A stretch of DNA of 64,000 bases from Pocillopora damicornis (Eukaryota): assembly GCF_003704095.1 (NCBI RefSeq), contig NW_020844730.1:1-64000 (forward strand). The letters are read 5' to 3'. Within the stretch, counting starts at the first letter, position 1. Every line of letters starts with the position of its first letter. Shown piece after piece: positions 25,310-39,039 of this stretch. Position numbers and translations under genes: made by a program. Under the pieces are notes generated by a model. That model was given only the letters and a program-made list of their open reading frames with translations. It had not been told where the DNA came from and searched no databases.

Positions 25310-27376
25310 AAGCGGCATCCACTCCACTAATTAATTTCCTCTGGTGCATGACTGTTCAGCTCGTAAAAGCATTCGATCATGAACCTTCATTTGGCGGTGG
25401 GAGTGAGCGTGCTTATATATGGGGCTTCCTTTTTTTCAAAATAAGAGAATCTAACAGTGAGCAGGAAACCAAGCTAGAGTCTCTGCTAAAAATAAGAGTT
25501 TAGTCGACGAGGGTCAGGTTATTTGAGAGCCTAGGAGTATCACGGGTGGTATAGGTCTGAATTGATAGCACGGCACGTAAACAAATACTGTCAAAATCTT
25601 TCAAAAAGCGGGCAGACATCATTCGTGAACTGATCAGTAAGGAGGTGTATACATGTTATACAAACCTTGAAGAAATTGAACAATACGTAACGAAAATATC
25701 GGCAAACCACATTAGCCAAAAACAAATAGGAAAAATAATATTGTATCATATGGGCAACTGTCAGTTATCTTGCTATTTTCTATCAGTTATGGATTGAAAA
25801 AATAAAGATAAAAAGTATATCTGTGGTTATTGTCTGTATTTGCGAATATTAATATATGATTGAATAAAACAAAAGAACATTTTCTTTGACCTTGTGCAAA
25901 ATTGGAAAATGTGAGTTGTAAAGGATTGCCTCATGATCATCATCATTTTCATTTATGATGACCTTCCTTAAGCACATTAAGAATACTTTTCTATAGTGTA
26001 CACAAGAGTTATGACGTGCCCCTTTCCACTAAATAGACAAAAACATATCCCTTAATGATCATCCTTATGTTAAAAAATTTCTTTTCATGAGGATTTCCTT
26101 TCGGAAACTTTCAAGAATAAGTTATTTGTAAGGGTTCAGCAAAATAACTTTGCAGCCTAACAAAGATCGTTGCTTTTCCTTGTTATTCATTTTCAACATT
26201 TAACTACAAAACTTGATCTAGTGAAATTTTTCAGGGATGACCTCTCAGTAAGGTGATGTTGTGTTATAGGGAATGTTTTTCTCTTATTTTCAAAGGGGTG
26301 GGCTCTGGACCGGGCAGTTCGGACTTGCCTTGAGGAGAGGGCATTACTGTTTCTTCGTGGGCCAGTTACAAACAAAAGCATTATGGCGCTCTGGAAGGGG
26401 TTCAAGACTGCAAGGTAGTTTAGGAAACTGGAACTTGCGCTTGTAGTCTTTCGTGATCAATGAGAAATAAAATTTTTCTACATCCTTTTTTGAGGATAGC
26501 ACATACCTTTAAGCTTCACACTTTAAAACACATTAAAAGGCAACAGCCACTGTCTCTGTTGCTGCAATGCCTCTGAGGCATGGTTAATTCTTGGGTATCG
26601 TAAGGTTGACAAACAATGCTAGTTGCTACCTGTATTTTCTTCCTATCTCGGAGAAATGCTATATTTGAAGGTCATTTTTATCATTTGGCAAATGGAGATA
26701 TGATCACTATTGAGCCACTTTAAGGTCTGACTTTTGTTTAAGTTTATATCCTCTTTGTCCGGATGGCAAGAGCGATGACAATCTAAAACACGTAGTTAGT
26801 CATCGACTGGTACCTGTCATATTCGCCAGTATAAAAAAGACTTAATTGTGATAATTTTACTATTTTTAACATTGCAGTTTTTTTTTCATTCACACATCCC
26901 ACTCCCTACGATATTCGACCATCGTGTCTGGGCATCCAATTAAATGGCTTGCCTTTTTCCTTTATTTATCTTGGTCGATAATCGCTCTGAAGAGCTAATA
27001 TCGTTGTTTACTATTCAACCAATAAATTATAACTGCAAATGCAGTCCTAAACTAAGGGAATATCCATAGTTTTTTCTGGAATCGAAGGCGTTGGATTAAA
27101 GTCAGTGCCCTTTCTTGCCTGTTCAAAACACATGCAGTCTCCCGGGTCGAACCTCTTCAAACTGGATAGTTAATAGCAAAACACCAGCCAGTAAGATCAT
27201 GTATTGCAGGGAAAAATCACTGATCCTCAAAAGAAATAAATATTTATCACTTCATTCCCTTTACATGTTTAGATCATGGAAATAGAATGCATTTCACATC
27301 GCAAAAACTAGGACTGAGAATCTCGAGAAAGATTCGTTCCTTTAGACAAACAATTGAGCCCATTCATGGCATCAAA

Positions 27377-30300
27377 ATGAGGTAAGATAAGAAGAGAACG
27401 CCTTTTAAAAGTAATGACTAGAAATACTCTTCAGTTACTCCAAGTTTTTAGGTCAGGATTCTGACATTTTCGGGTACTTAGAACATCGTTTACTGTAAGA
27501 TGGGGTAACAATGAAAGCCTTATGGTTTTTTTCATGATTGCCCAAATGTGATAATAATTAAACAGCAATCGCCGTGAAGACACAACAAGATCACACAGTT
27601 TCCCGTAGTTTAGTTTTTCTCTGTGAGCCAATTATAGCAAGGTCTGACGGAACAATGTGACACATGTTTGACGCTGTTCTTAAAGCAGGTGGCAGACGAA
27701 TTTTGAATTACTGTGATCCAAAGCCGAGTCCAACCATCTCCTATAGAATCCAAATCTTTCGTAGTTATTTGTAGTCTGGAGTCTGTTGCTTATCTGTCTG
27801 ACTTTATTTTTTTCTCTCAAGAGTGAGACAAAGGCTTGTGGTGAGCCTGTTTGTTTTTGTTTTCCTGAAGGGATTCCTGTTGGCCTCAGCAGGTAAATTT
27901 ATGTATTGTCTATCATTAGTCTCATTTTTTGAATGAACTGTCGGTAAAATGATTAAACGTATATCAGAATTGTAACACCTCTATGAGTTTAAAGGACTTC
28001 ATTCAATGTCAAGCAGTCCTCGTCAAAATAGTCTGTTCCAATCCTTTTAAGTCAAGTTTACTCCAAAAGAAATTCAAATCAACACGCATAGTCGATCATG
28101 CAACAATTGACCTCGAATTATGGGACTTCAATTTTTTGCATTCCGCACAATGGTTTATCATAAAAGTTTGGTAACTCAGGGACCACCAAAAATTTAAAGT
28201 TATCTTTTTTTAAAAAACCTTCAGATGACAAGCAACCGATACCTTCCTTTTCGTCTGCTAACAATGAATTGCAAAGAAGAGATGTCTCCACTGCCTTAAA
28301 AAAAAGTGAGAAACCGAAACAAGGAAGGAAGATCCATCCCTATGTAGGAGGGCATACCCACGATAAAAGAGGATTAACAAAAAGATGGCTCCCTTTTGAG
28401 CAGAAAGCGAGAAAGCTCTCGGTCGTTGCCACGAGTAGTTTGGTGGAGGAGAACACGACAAACAAAAAGGAAAACAATACACGAAACAATGAGCATTCCA
28501 GAAACGCATCAAGTACTAACACATCTTCTCAAGCAACACACCAGACTGCTGATTATGGAATTTTGGGAATTTCTGAAGACGAGGATAGTGCGAAGTGGGC
28601 ACTAGACGAAATGAGAAAAGTAGCTGAAAACAAAACGAATAGCCATGATAAGGAAATCAAACAAAATGTTTCAACTGTGGCAAGCACATTAAGAATAATC
28701 TCATCTAAAAATCAGTCACAGTATGTCAACCGTCCCGTTAAGATTATACTTATCAATTCAGGAGGAAATATGTCAAATGCCTTGACCCAGACGAAGAACT
28801 TGAATAAGAGTAACAGGAATCAAGATAATGAAAATCTGTTCAAAAATTTAAAACCAGATAAAGCGGATGCGGAGCCAATTTCCATGAAGGTGAATACGTC
28901 TTCATCAAAGTTGGAAAAGACGGGTAAAGACACAGCTGGGGTTTATAAAATAAAATCACCGCTTATAGTAATTCCTGAAAGCATACTGCAACAAGCGGAT
29001 CCAGACTTCAAACAAAATAAAACGGCAAGTAGTTCCTCACCACCGTCATCCACAGCTCAAAAAATTAAAACAAGTACACATAATGACACAACTTTCATCA
29101 AAACAGTGCTGCGAAAAGACTCTGGGGCGAATCAGACTAAAGCATTAGACAATACAACGACAAATTTAACTGGACCTCAAAAAGTTAAAGGAAAGACACA
29201 AAACGTCTCGGTTTCAGAAACAGTACTACATCTCTCTGAACTCGGATCTAAGGAAAATAACACCTCAGGTAATGCGACACCCATGGAGGAGCAAAATAGT
29301 CGACCACCAAGTCTTAGCGGCATGGAGCCAGTCGGTTCATCGCAAAAATCAAATCAGTCACAAAAAAATGAAGAGCTTGCGTTATATCCAAAAGCACCTT
29401 CACTTGAAGTGAATATCTCAAGCTTAAGAAAAGGACAGTCCTTCGACTTTCAGATTCCCAGCACGATACCATTAAAGAGCTCTGATCAGAGTAATCATAT
29501 TCACATTGAGCCAGATGATACACTGAATTCGTCTGAATATTTACCAAAAGACATAGAAAGTAACTCAAGCAACAGCAACTTTTTGAATGACACTCTTAAT
29601 AAGGTCTTGCTGGAAGAGCTAGTACGAACAGAGAAATCTAACAAGCTTCTGCAAAAGTTCAATTCAGATATCCTAGCTTCCAAGGCGAAACTATTATTCG
29701 ACAAAGTTAACTTGGGAAGCGAGGTCAATGATCAAACATTTCGAGAGGAATCATCAGCTGATCGAACTTTCTCGGAAAATATCTTGGAACCTTACTCAAA
29801 CGAAGCTTTATTAACCCGAAGGCTCAATAACTTACAGGGGAGACAAAGACAGACGGAAGTTCAACAAGACGAAAGTTTAGCGAAAGCACTGAATTCTTCT
29901 TCAGTCTCTTCGATCATTTTTAGTGCAAACCGGGCTCTTTTTGATACTGATCAAGAAGTTTTCTCGAAGAAGAGCTCCCAGGGTAGACTAAAAGGGGCAA
30001 AAAGAGATAAGGACCACAGACACAAGCGGAGTTATTTTTGGCACCGTCTAACCAAGCATCAAGGTACCAACAGATTGGGTTCAAACGCAGATTATCTTAG
30101 AGGAAACCCCGCGTCAAGAAGAAATAAAAAGCAACGTAAGGCAACTGCACGGCAGGTTATCAATCTTGGGAACCATTTTCTATGGTTTGGTGGTCAGAGT
30201 TCGGCTGATGCAAACGGTTTTCCTCGCCACAACACAGCAACAGAAAACAATGCATTTAGTGTCAATAATTATATTTCAAACTTTCTTAGTTCAGCCAAAG

Positions 30301-32849
30301 ACAAGAAGACACCTAGCGCAACTAAAGGCTATAGGGCCTTACAGAGTGCTCTGACATCTATGGAGTCCAACCAAGATAGTCAGGCGGACACTTACAATTT
30401 GGACTCAATGTACACAGAGCCTGTTGAAAAACAATGGGAAGCCTCAGATAGTCAAAAAGCCACAGCGAATGAGTTTATTCAGGATGGTACTGGAAAAGCA
30501 GTATACCAAAGTATGGTCGATAAATCGAATGAAACAAAAACTCAAGTAAGCTCAAACTCAGTATCGGATACGCAAAGCAACAACGAGTTCATTGATCACG
30601 GGGCCCCGATAAAAGAGAATAGAACTAATCGTGAACACACAGAACCCGAATTCGCACAACAGATCAATGAAAACATCACTTCTGCAATTAATAACACGTC
30701 CAGGCTGATCAATTCCGATCAAAAGAGTGTAAATGAAGGAAATATAACCATCCTCCAAAATCTAACAGATTCCATGGGTCATTTGGGCGAAACAAATTCC
30801 GCTGCGCCTGGTGGAGGTATCCAACTTTCAGAGCAAAGTATGACTACTGTCCAGTCTAAGATGAGGGATTCCCCTAAACTACCAAATGTGACGGCTGATT
30901 CAGAAAAAGCAATCAAACAACAGCCGTCTGCTATAATAAAGAAGATAAGTACGAACTCTCAGGAACCGGAGACATATCATGTTATAGTCAATGATGCAGG
31001 TAAAAAGATCACAAACGCAAATGGTCATGTCACAGTCATCATTTCAGGCCCAACTGCAACTCAGGCCTCCATGCCTGATGAAAACACCTTGCTAATACCA
31101 CAAACTAGCCCATCTCAGTTTTTACGAGAAAATGAATTTTTACCTACCAATGATCGGGAACGTCTTAATATCAGTCATTCGGCCATTCACGCCGTGAATA
31201 AAACCTCCGTTGATGAAAACAAAGGGAACGGAACACGTGCTAACAAACAGATAGCGCCCTTGTCACTTCTTCAAGAAGACATTGCACCTGCCTTAAAAAT
31301 ATCTGAAGACATAGAAGAACATCTAAAACACTCCTCAGCTGATAGTGCATTAAGTACATCTCAGAAAGAAGAGAATGAGCTTCCGAAACAAACCACTGAT
31401 GCCCGTGTCTTAATGGATGAAAAAGATAATTTTACTTCCAATAACCGAGAGGAATCCACGCATAATGGTCATCATTTTTTTAAGGTTGGACAGGACCTAA
31501 CTAGTAATATTGGTGACCTTCAAATGGAAGAGGTCTCCCGTCCAGACCTACAAGAAGCACAACAAAAGGTGCAAGAGAAGCTTGCGGAAGATTCTGCCGG
31601 AGGATTCCTATTAGGAGGGGATCAGTTTGCGGCACAGCAAGCCCAAGACGTACCTACCTTAAATATCGTATTAAATCCAATGCAACGAATTGACGGATCT
31701 CTTTCAGTCGGTGGAAAGGTAATACCAATTGGCTCAGCCAAAGAGGGATACTCAAAGGAAATTTTAGGTGCAAATGAGCAAGGAAAACAAAAGCTAGATT
31801 GTCATGCTGATACAAAAAATGAGAAGGCTGGAACAACAATGTTGACATGTCAAAAAAAGCATGATCTTGCTAATTTTCTTCCAGCCTTTCAAGGTATTGA
31901 TTATTCTGGAAACTTAAAAGCGGCGGGTAGCCCCGGTTTGCAGCTGGATCAGGTGATGAATGTCTTAAACGATCAAGTAAAAACAACTATTAACAAGGAA
32001 ATGAAAACAGAAAGCAAAGATATCGAGGATGTGCTAAAAGATATGACAATGCCGAGCAGTACTCTGATGGATACTGAAGAAGCTTATTCTCAAGAGGAAC
32101 CTCCTGAACATTCCTCCTTGATGGACACAGACGAGACGTTTACCTCTCACCCAGGTTTTGTGAGACAAACTTCATGGAAAAATAATCGTCATTACCACCA
32201 AAAAATTCAACCATTCGGTTTCTTTCATGGATTTGGTTTATCTCATCATCTCGGATTTCGCCATCATCTTGGAATTCCCAACAGGCGCCACTTCTGGGGA
32301 TACAACCGCCATCCACACCCTTTTGTGGTAATGGCCCATAAAGACAGCGATGAAGGCTTCTGGGATTACCAGCACAATATCTTCATTCCACGTGGCTTTA
32401 GCCATTTTAGCCATGATGACGACGATGACGATGACGACGATGAAGGAGTAGAAGTAAAGAAAGCAAAACATTGGGTTCCATGGTCTCGACATGGTCACAG
32501 GAGAGGAACCTGGTTAATGGCTCATCCACCTTTTCATCCTCGTCACCACACTTTCCCACCATTCAGTATGCCTGTCAGGGAGCAAAATTTGGCTCATTTT
32601 CGCTTGCCAACTATTTTCAGTCGATCAGGTCCTTGGCGGCCTTTGCATTCACGTATGACAGTCCCTCAATCCCAAAAAGAAGAGAAAGGCTCGAAAAGAA
32701 CAGCTGTGGTGCACAAGACAATAAGAGGCGATAGAGACTTGTGCAGACCAATCATCGGGGGGCCTTCGCCACCACTGAAAGGCGAATGGGAGTACTTAGG
32801 AAAGGTTCTTTCTAGTTGTCCTTGTAGGTTGATGGACACAGAGTGGTGA
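27377..32849 (+). CDS. Cluster gene 4: large secreted, sequon-rich protein with His/aromatic and poly-Asp C-terminal region (~1566 aa)
   Basis: Exons 27377-27381 (ATGAG|GTAAG), 27822-27892 (completes MRVRQRLVVSLFVFVFLKGFLLASA, CAG|GTAAA, phase 1) and 28225-32849 (TTCAG|), all in frame. More than 30 NxS/T sequons. Confidence 0.85.
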
Positions 32850-33344
32850 AAATATATGCTTAATGCATTGTTGTTTTATTGTGCACGGCACAGCATAGAA
32901 CAATAAGTCCACTGAAGTTTCTTTCAAGTTTACTAATGATATCAGATGATTTATTTGTTAAGCCATTTTTCTTAGGCATCTTTTGGGGAAATTAACTTCA
33001 GGGTTACCTTACTATTTGTTGTCACGCTGGTTATATATTTGAGCGAGACCTTTTTGACATGCAAGACTCACATAAATTTATCTTGCACGCACCGATGTGA
33101 ATCATATTGACTTATGAAACCACGTAGTCAGTTTTAACATCAAAGATGAGTGATTTCCCCCCTTAAAAAAAGAAAACATATCTTATTATCTCATCAACTA
33201 TTTACAGATTTTTAGCATAGATGCAATAACTAAATTGACGAGGCTGTTACCAACAGCAAACAAATATTTACGAAATCCATGCTATGATGTTCAATACCCT
33301 TACCGCTAGAACTATTAAAGAACTCTAGGTTACTTGAGTGCGTA

Positions 33345-33660
33345 GTCAAAACTATAACGAAAGTTTCGAACGTGATTGGTTGTCACCAGCCCGATTCGCG
33401 CACTAGTAGGACAGTGTGCGCGTCATGCTTGTAATTGAACAGTGTAGTTGGACAGTGAACGCGTATGTATGTAATTGTACAATATCCATTGTGTGTGCTG
33501 AAATTAATTGTTGACAGGACTTTGTGTCGTATAATTCTGTCTATAATTATACTCGTAATTAACAAATTACACTCCCACTTCGCGGCGGTCAAATTTTTTT
33601 TTATGACTCGTATGGTTACAGACCGAACTGAACACTACTCAGTCCTGTTAGACCAATACT
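33345..33660. mobile_element. Non-autonomous repeat fragments (possibly Crypton-like)
   Basis: GTGATTGGTTGTCACCAGCCCGATT end motif and a semi-palindromic segment around CCACTTCGCGGC, resembling the spacer at 8-20. Confidence 0.35.
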
Positions 33661-33899
33661 TATAAAATGTGTCAATTATATCGCATACTGCTTTCCTTCC
33701 TTCTTTCCCCTCTTTTCTTATTTTGATTGGCGGAGGGCGTACAAAGGAATTTGCTATTACAGGACTTGGTAACACACGAAAAAGAAAATCTCCTTAGAAA
33801 CGACTCTAAGAAAAGTTACGAGTGTACGTCATGATCAGCAGTACGTCATAATCCAAAGTCGCACGAAGAATTTTCTGAATCATCGGCACCAGGCAATGT

Positions 33900-35345
33900 A
33901 TTGAATTTTATAATGCTTATCGCATCCACCATGTCTTTCATGTCATCTACCATACATATCTACCATATCGTTGCACTGTTTGCATGTCATTTATGGAAGA
34001 CGTTCGCACTTATTTTTAAATCTTGAGTTCAATCTAATGAATGGTGAGCCTCATTAGTCCAGAACCATTTATAAACGCAGTTTCCCAATAAAGTATATCC
34101 TTAACCAAGTCAAGGAAGTGCATAATGCATCACTTACACTTAAATTACCAGGATAAATACCTATTGTGCTTATTTCCATGGTCGCAAAAATGTTTACCAA
34201 ACGTATGGGGGATGCTTAATTAGCGTAATCAAAAACTGGTAAAATGAGACTGTTATAGAATAGGTTGCGAGCGTTTAAGGTTAAGAAATGTTTGATCCTG
34301 TGTAAAAGACCGAGCCGTTAATTAACTTTAGTAATTACATACTCTACATGATCTGACTATGTGAGGTCTGAGGCCAACAAAACCCCTCAATATTTAAACC
34401 TAATTCCGCGATCTAACCCACATTCAAAAATAGACAGAGACAATGAGGAAATATTAAACAATTTTCTATTTCTTCCGATCCACATGGATTTGGTTTTAGA
34501 AAGGTTAAAAGTAAGTCTATTCGCTTTTATCCACAATGCTACGTTGTAGAGATTTGCGTTCAACTTGCTCTCCAGCTCGCGGGGTTCTTTTGCGAAGCAG
34601 TAAAGATCCGTATCGTCAGCGTACAATGATATCTCAGAGTGTTGAATAGCAGCAGGTAGCTCGTTGACATACACAAGGAAAAATAAGGGTCCCAAGATGC
34701 TTCCTTATGGAACCCCGAAAGTAACGGGAAGGGCTTCGAATAATTCACTATTACAGGAGGTTTGCTGATTCCGATTACTCAGATATGAAGAAAACCACTC
34801 CAAAGACCGGGGGAGACTCCAACTGATGACAATTTGGACATCAAGATCCCATGATCAACTGTATCGAACGCCTTTGTAAGCAGAAATACAGCACCATGAA
34901 TCTTCTCTTTTTTCATACTTAATAAGACTTCATCGGCAAAGCCAGACAATACAGTAGCGGTTGAACGTTTAGAAAAAAACCAAAACTGCTTGTTTGAAAG
35001 TAAATTATTTGAATCAAGGTATTCGCACAGCTGGGTGTGGATTACCCTTTCTTAGATCTTACTGAGAGAGGTTAGAATTGAAATCGGGCAATAATTTTTT
35101 GTATTTGTTCGGTCTCCTGATTTGAATAAAGATGTCACTTTAGAGCACTTCCATATATATCCCTGGAAACTTCCTTGTGCGTATGGACAGATTTATTAAC
35201 TTCGTGATGGAATAAGTAATTGACTGGGCGCTACGTATACACTTCAAAAGCCTTGCGCTTATATTGTCCAATCCAATTGCTTTATTTGCCTAGAGACCGA
35301 GTAACTGCTTATGAACAACCGCTTCGGTTTAAATTTTTTTCTCTG
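33900..35345 (-). mobile_element. Degenerate CR1/L2-type LINE reverse transcriptase
   Basis: Minus-strand motifs WKCSKVTSLFKSG, PISIL..LSKILE, KAFDTVDH, GSILGPLFFLVYVNELP, LYADDT and YNSLILPVFDY, with many stops and frameshifts. Confidence 0.9.
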
Positions 35346-36405
35346 CTCCGTTTTAAGTTTTCCTCCGCAATATTTCTGTTCTGTTTAGAACCATACGATA
35401 GCATAATGTTGGTACCCCCCGTCCTTCTCTCTAATAATGTACGAAATGCTTATTAGGTGCTAAATACTGTTAATTTACAAAACTGCAGGTAAAGCTACAT
35501 AGGACATTTGCAAAGAAGCCTCAGTTCATGACTATGGAAGCCTACAGCGGTTGGTAATTCGGGCATGGTGACCTTTCGTTAAACCGAGGCCCACATTACA
35601 TCATCTCATTGTGTCTGAATGAGATCAAACATGGCCAACATAACGGGCGAAAAAAGGATTTACTGATGAGCCGGCGAATGTCGCCACCTCGGGTAAGGAC
35701 AGTGCAAGGTAGTGACCTAAATTTCTCTTTCACTTACTGGTTGGTGATAACGGTAAATTACAGGCAGAGCACGACACACCTATCGGCTTACTGTTTTATT
35801 TGTTTTAAATAAATGAAGCAAGAGAATGCTTTGCTAGTTAATTATATAATTTTGGGATGATGTGACTTTTAGCAAGAAGATATCAATAGCTCTGATTTTT
35901 CTTTAGTAATAAATTCCACTATATTGTTTCGCGACATCCAAAGACACAAGAGAAATATTTTTAAAAAATACTCTAGAGAGAGATCATAATATCGTAGTCG
36001 ACGTCTGCAGAGACAAATAACTATATCTTAATTTTAAAAAAGCGAGATAAAGCCATATTTTCTTGACGCACCTAGCCCAGGACCCTTGAAAGGAAGAAAT
36101 TTTGTTTTATCGCAATGAAAATGAATTCAGACAATCCAATAGAGGAGAATGGAACAGGTTAAAGTTTACAGTGGAGCGATTCTTGTGTCAAACACCTGCC
36201 AATTCTATACATGGATGGCTTCGAATGTCGAGGTTATTTTCAGGTCAAAGTCATTTTTACCGTTTCTCTTGACATTGATTAACGCCAAAACTTCTTTCTT
36301 GAGTAATTGTCTTAAAATACGTTTTCTGTTTTGTCTTGTGCAGTCTTAACCCTTGATAGACAACACACACAAATGTAACCAAAGGGTATAAGAGTAAATA
36401 CCGAC

Positions 36406-39039
36406 ATGGAAACATTGTCACTCATTCTTGTGATTTTTCTACCACAAATTTGTGCTTGCCATTCAGGTAAGGGTCGAAGTGTTTATTATTTGATCAAAGC
36501 GTAGGATTTATATATAAGGCCTTAATTCAATAACTATAAATTGTGAAACGAAACAGGCTGTTTATCCTTAATTTGTATAATTAGTCACTGGTAAAATAAA
36601 TGCTTGTTTTTCGCAACTCGAACTGGTTCACTGAATCATATCTAAGTCTGCTGTTTTATGTGTTCTCGTAATTGTCCTATTTAAAGGCAAAAATAAAAAA
36701 AAACTTCTCCATAACTACGGCCATACAATCATGTATGCAGAGAAAAAAAAATTAAGTCAAAGGAAGTCCAAGCGAAATTCGTCTATCGCCTATGAATACG
36801 TTGTTTTCCCTATTGGTTTTGGTTGAGAACAATGACATCAGTGCTTCGGATTATAGCAGTGAAAGCATGGTTGATTGAACTTTGTTATTTTTTTCAAGGC
36901 CATGCTAAGACCAAACAAAGTGATAGGAAAAGAAACTTCCTGGCAGACGCTATGCGTGAGATGGAATCTGGCGGAAAAACTTCGAATCATGCATCTTCTG
37001 TAAGAAGGGTTCCAAACGTTATCAGGGTGGTAATGAGGCCAGAAGTTCCACCAAGTCGCCGCCGCCATCACCGACATCGACACGGACAATTTGATGGCCT
37101 GAAGTCCGTTTTGAGATTAGCTGAGGGGATAAACAAACTGTCTAATCAGCAAAATGAAAACCACAAAAATAAGTCAACTCAGATACTTAATGCTGAGAAT
37201 ACAATACAGGACAGAGTGCGATTGCTTGAAAGAGTCAATGAACAGCTGGAAAAAACTTCAAAATTGCACGATCATAAACAAAAGCTTAAAAAAGTCGACA
37301 CACGAGGTAACATTACTCTAAAAGGTGACGAAGAAGTCATGGTGACGGATTCTTTTCCATTATTTCCGGAATTGAGGAGCATTGTTGAGCATGGAAAGCC
37401 ATTCAACCCGGATGTGACCAGAGCCGCTTTCGCAAGAGCGAAGCAAATTGTTTGGGATAGCGTTGGGCAAGACCCACTCACCTCTGCAGATGTAGGGCAC
37501 CTTAATAACACGAAATTGACTAATGCTGTGGCTTTGCTGGAAATGGCTGTCAGAGAAGCTGAGAAAATGGAACGAAATAAAACAAAACCTGTTGATCAAG
37601 AAGCAAATCACCGGGTCATCAGCCCTAAATTCCCCGAAACCAAACCTAAAGTTAACCAGTCAAAACATGATGACGCGCAATTAAAGATACTCAGACAACT
37701 CCTTCTTGAGGAACTTAAGCAGACGAATTTAACAAACGATGGAGCTGGCCACGTCCTCATCAGTGATATCCCATTTCAGAAAATGAGAAATCAACAACAA
37801 AGCAGATTGACTCAAAAACCTTCGTCATGGCCAGGAGACTCTTACTCGAATTTCAAAGTCAACCCGAGCAATAAAAATCAACTTAGCGGAACTCCAACTC
37901 TTTTGGAAAACTACACTTCATTTATAACTAACATACTCAAAGCTGCCCATCTGAGCGTTTTAAAGAACATTAAGGGAGATTCGAGCAGCACACCTGTCAA
38001 ATCAAACTCAAATGTAAGGTTGGCCAGTGAATCCCAAGCTCAACAACCAGTTACTAACAAACAAAGCACATTAATATCAACTACAGGACAGAAGTTAAAC
38101 ACACCGAAAGAGCAACAGCAAGAACATCAGCTCTCCTTCGCTAACGCAGCACAGGAGCAAAAACAACAACAAAAACAACAACAAAACATTCAACCTGTTA
38201 ATTTGCCAAAAGAACGCCTTGATGCAAGGAAAGCCTTTGGTACGGCTCAAAAGTTGGTGAAAGCCATGTTAGCGAGACAAGAGCTTTATAGAGCAGAAAC
38301 TGACTTCTTTAACAAGATTCATGAGATGTTGAATAAAAGTTCAAAATACCCATTGAACACAGGCCTAGAAAACGATGCAAAAGAGTCGAGGATCTCTGGC
38401 CAGCCCACGGTTGCTAGTCCTTTACAATCCCCTATAAGCCAGTCTCCAATAAATACTGCAAGTAGCCCATCTCTTGGCGGCGAGGATAAGAAGAAACAGC
38501 CATCAGAGTCTCAGGAAAAGTTTGATGAAGCAGCGCATCTTGAAGAGAAAGTAGCGGCTCAACAGGATCTGATGTACGATGCGTTGGTGAAAGGTCATAC
38601 GATTGGAACTGTTAAAGGCGGGGGCGATGGACCATTTGATGAAGAAGGTACCATTCGGGAAAATACAGGACAAGATGGATTAGATGACTCCTACAACACG
38701 GAAGATTATGGTGATTTTAAGGACAGCGACGAAGAAGCCGAAAAAAAGTTCTATCACGACCACAATCAAGATAGTTTTGAGGCAAAAGGCATGGAGGACA
38801 CCATGTTAGGTGTTCGCGATAAAATAATCCAACTGATTCCAGAACATGCGTCAGTTACAGACTCGAGCGGTATTGACACAACATCGTCTCAGACAGGAAA
38901 CATGCGCAGCGAAAAGAACTTCAATTATACATTCGATGAAAGTGGAGTCAGCTCGGGTGATCATAATACCAGGGAAAACGACAAGACAAGGCGCAGTAAA
39001 CATATGCACAGGAAACGAAAACTCCCAGGAAAATTATGA
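36406..39039 (+). CDS. Cluster gene 5: secreted Gln-rich protein with helical segments, acidic block and basic tail (~733 aa)
   Basis: Exons 36406-36466 (METLSLILVIFLPQICACHS, CAG|GTAAG, phase 1) and 36899-39039 (TTTTCAAG|), in frame with the 738-aa ORF. Confidence 0.85.
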
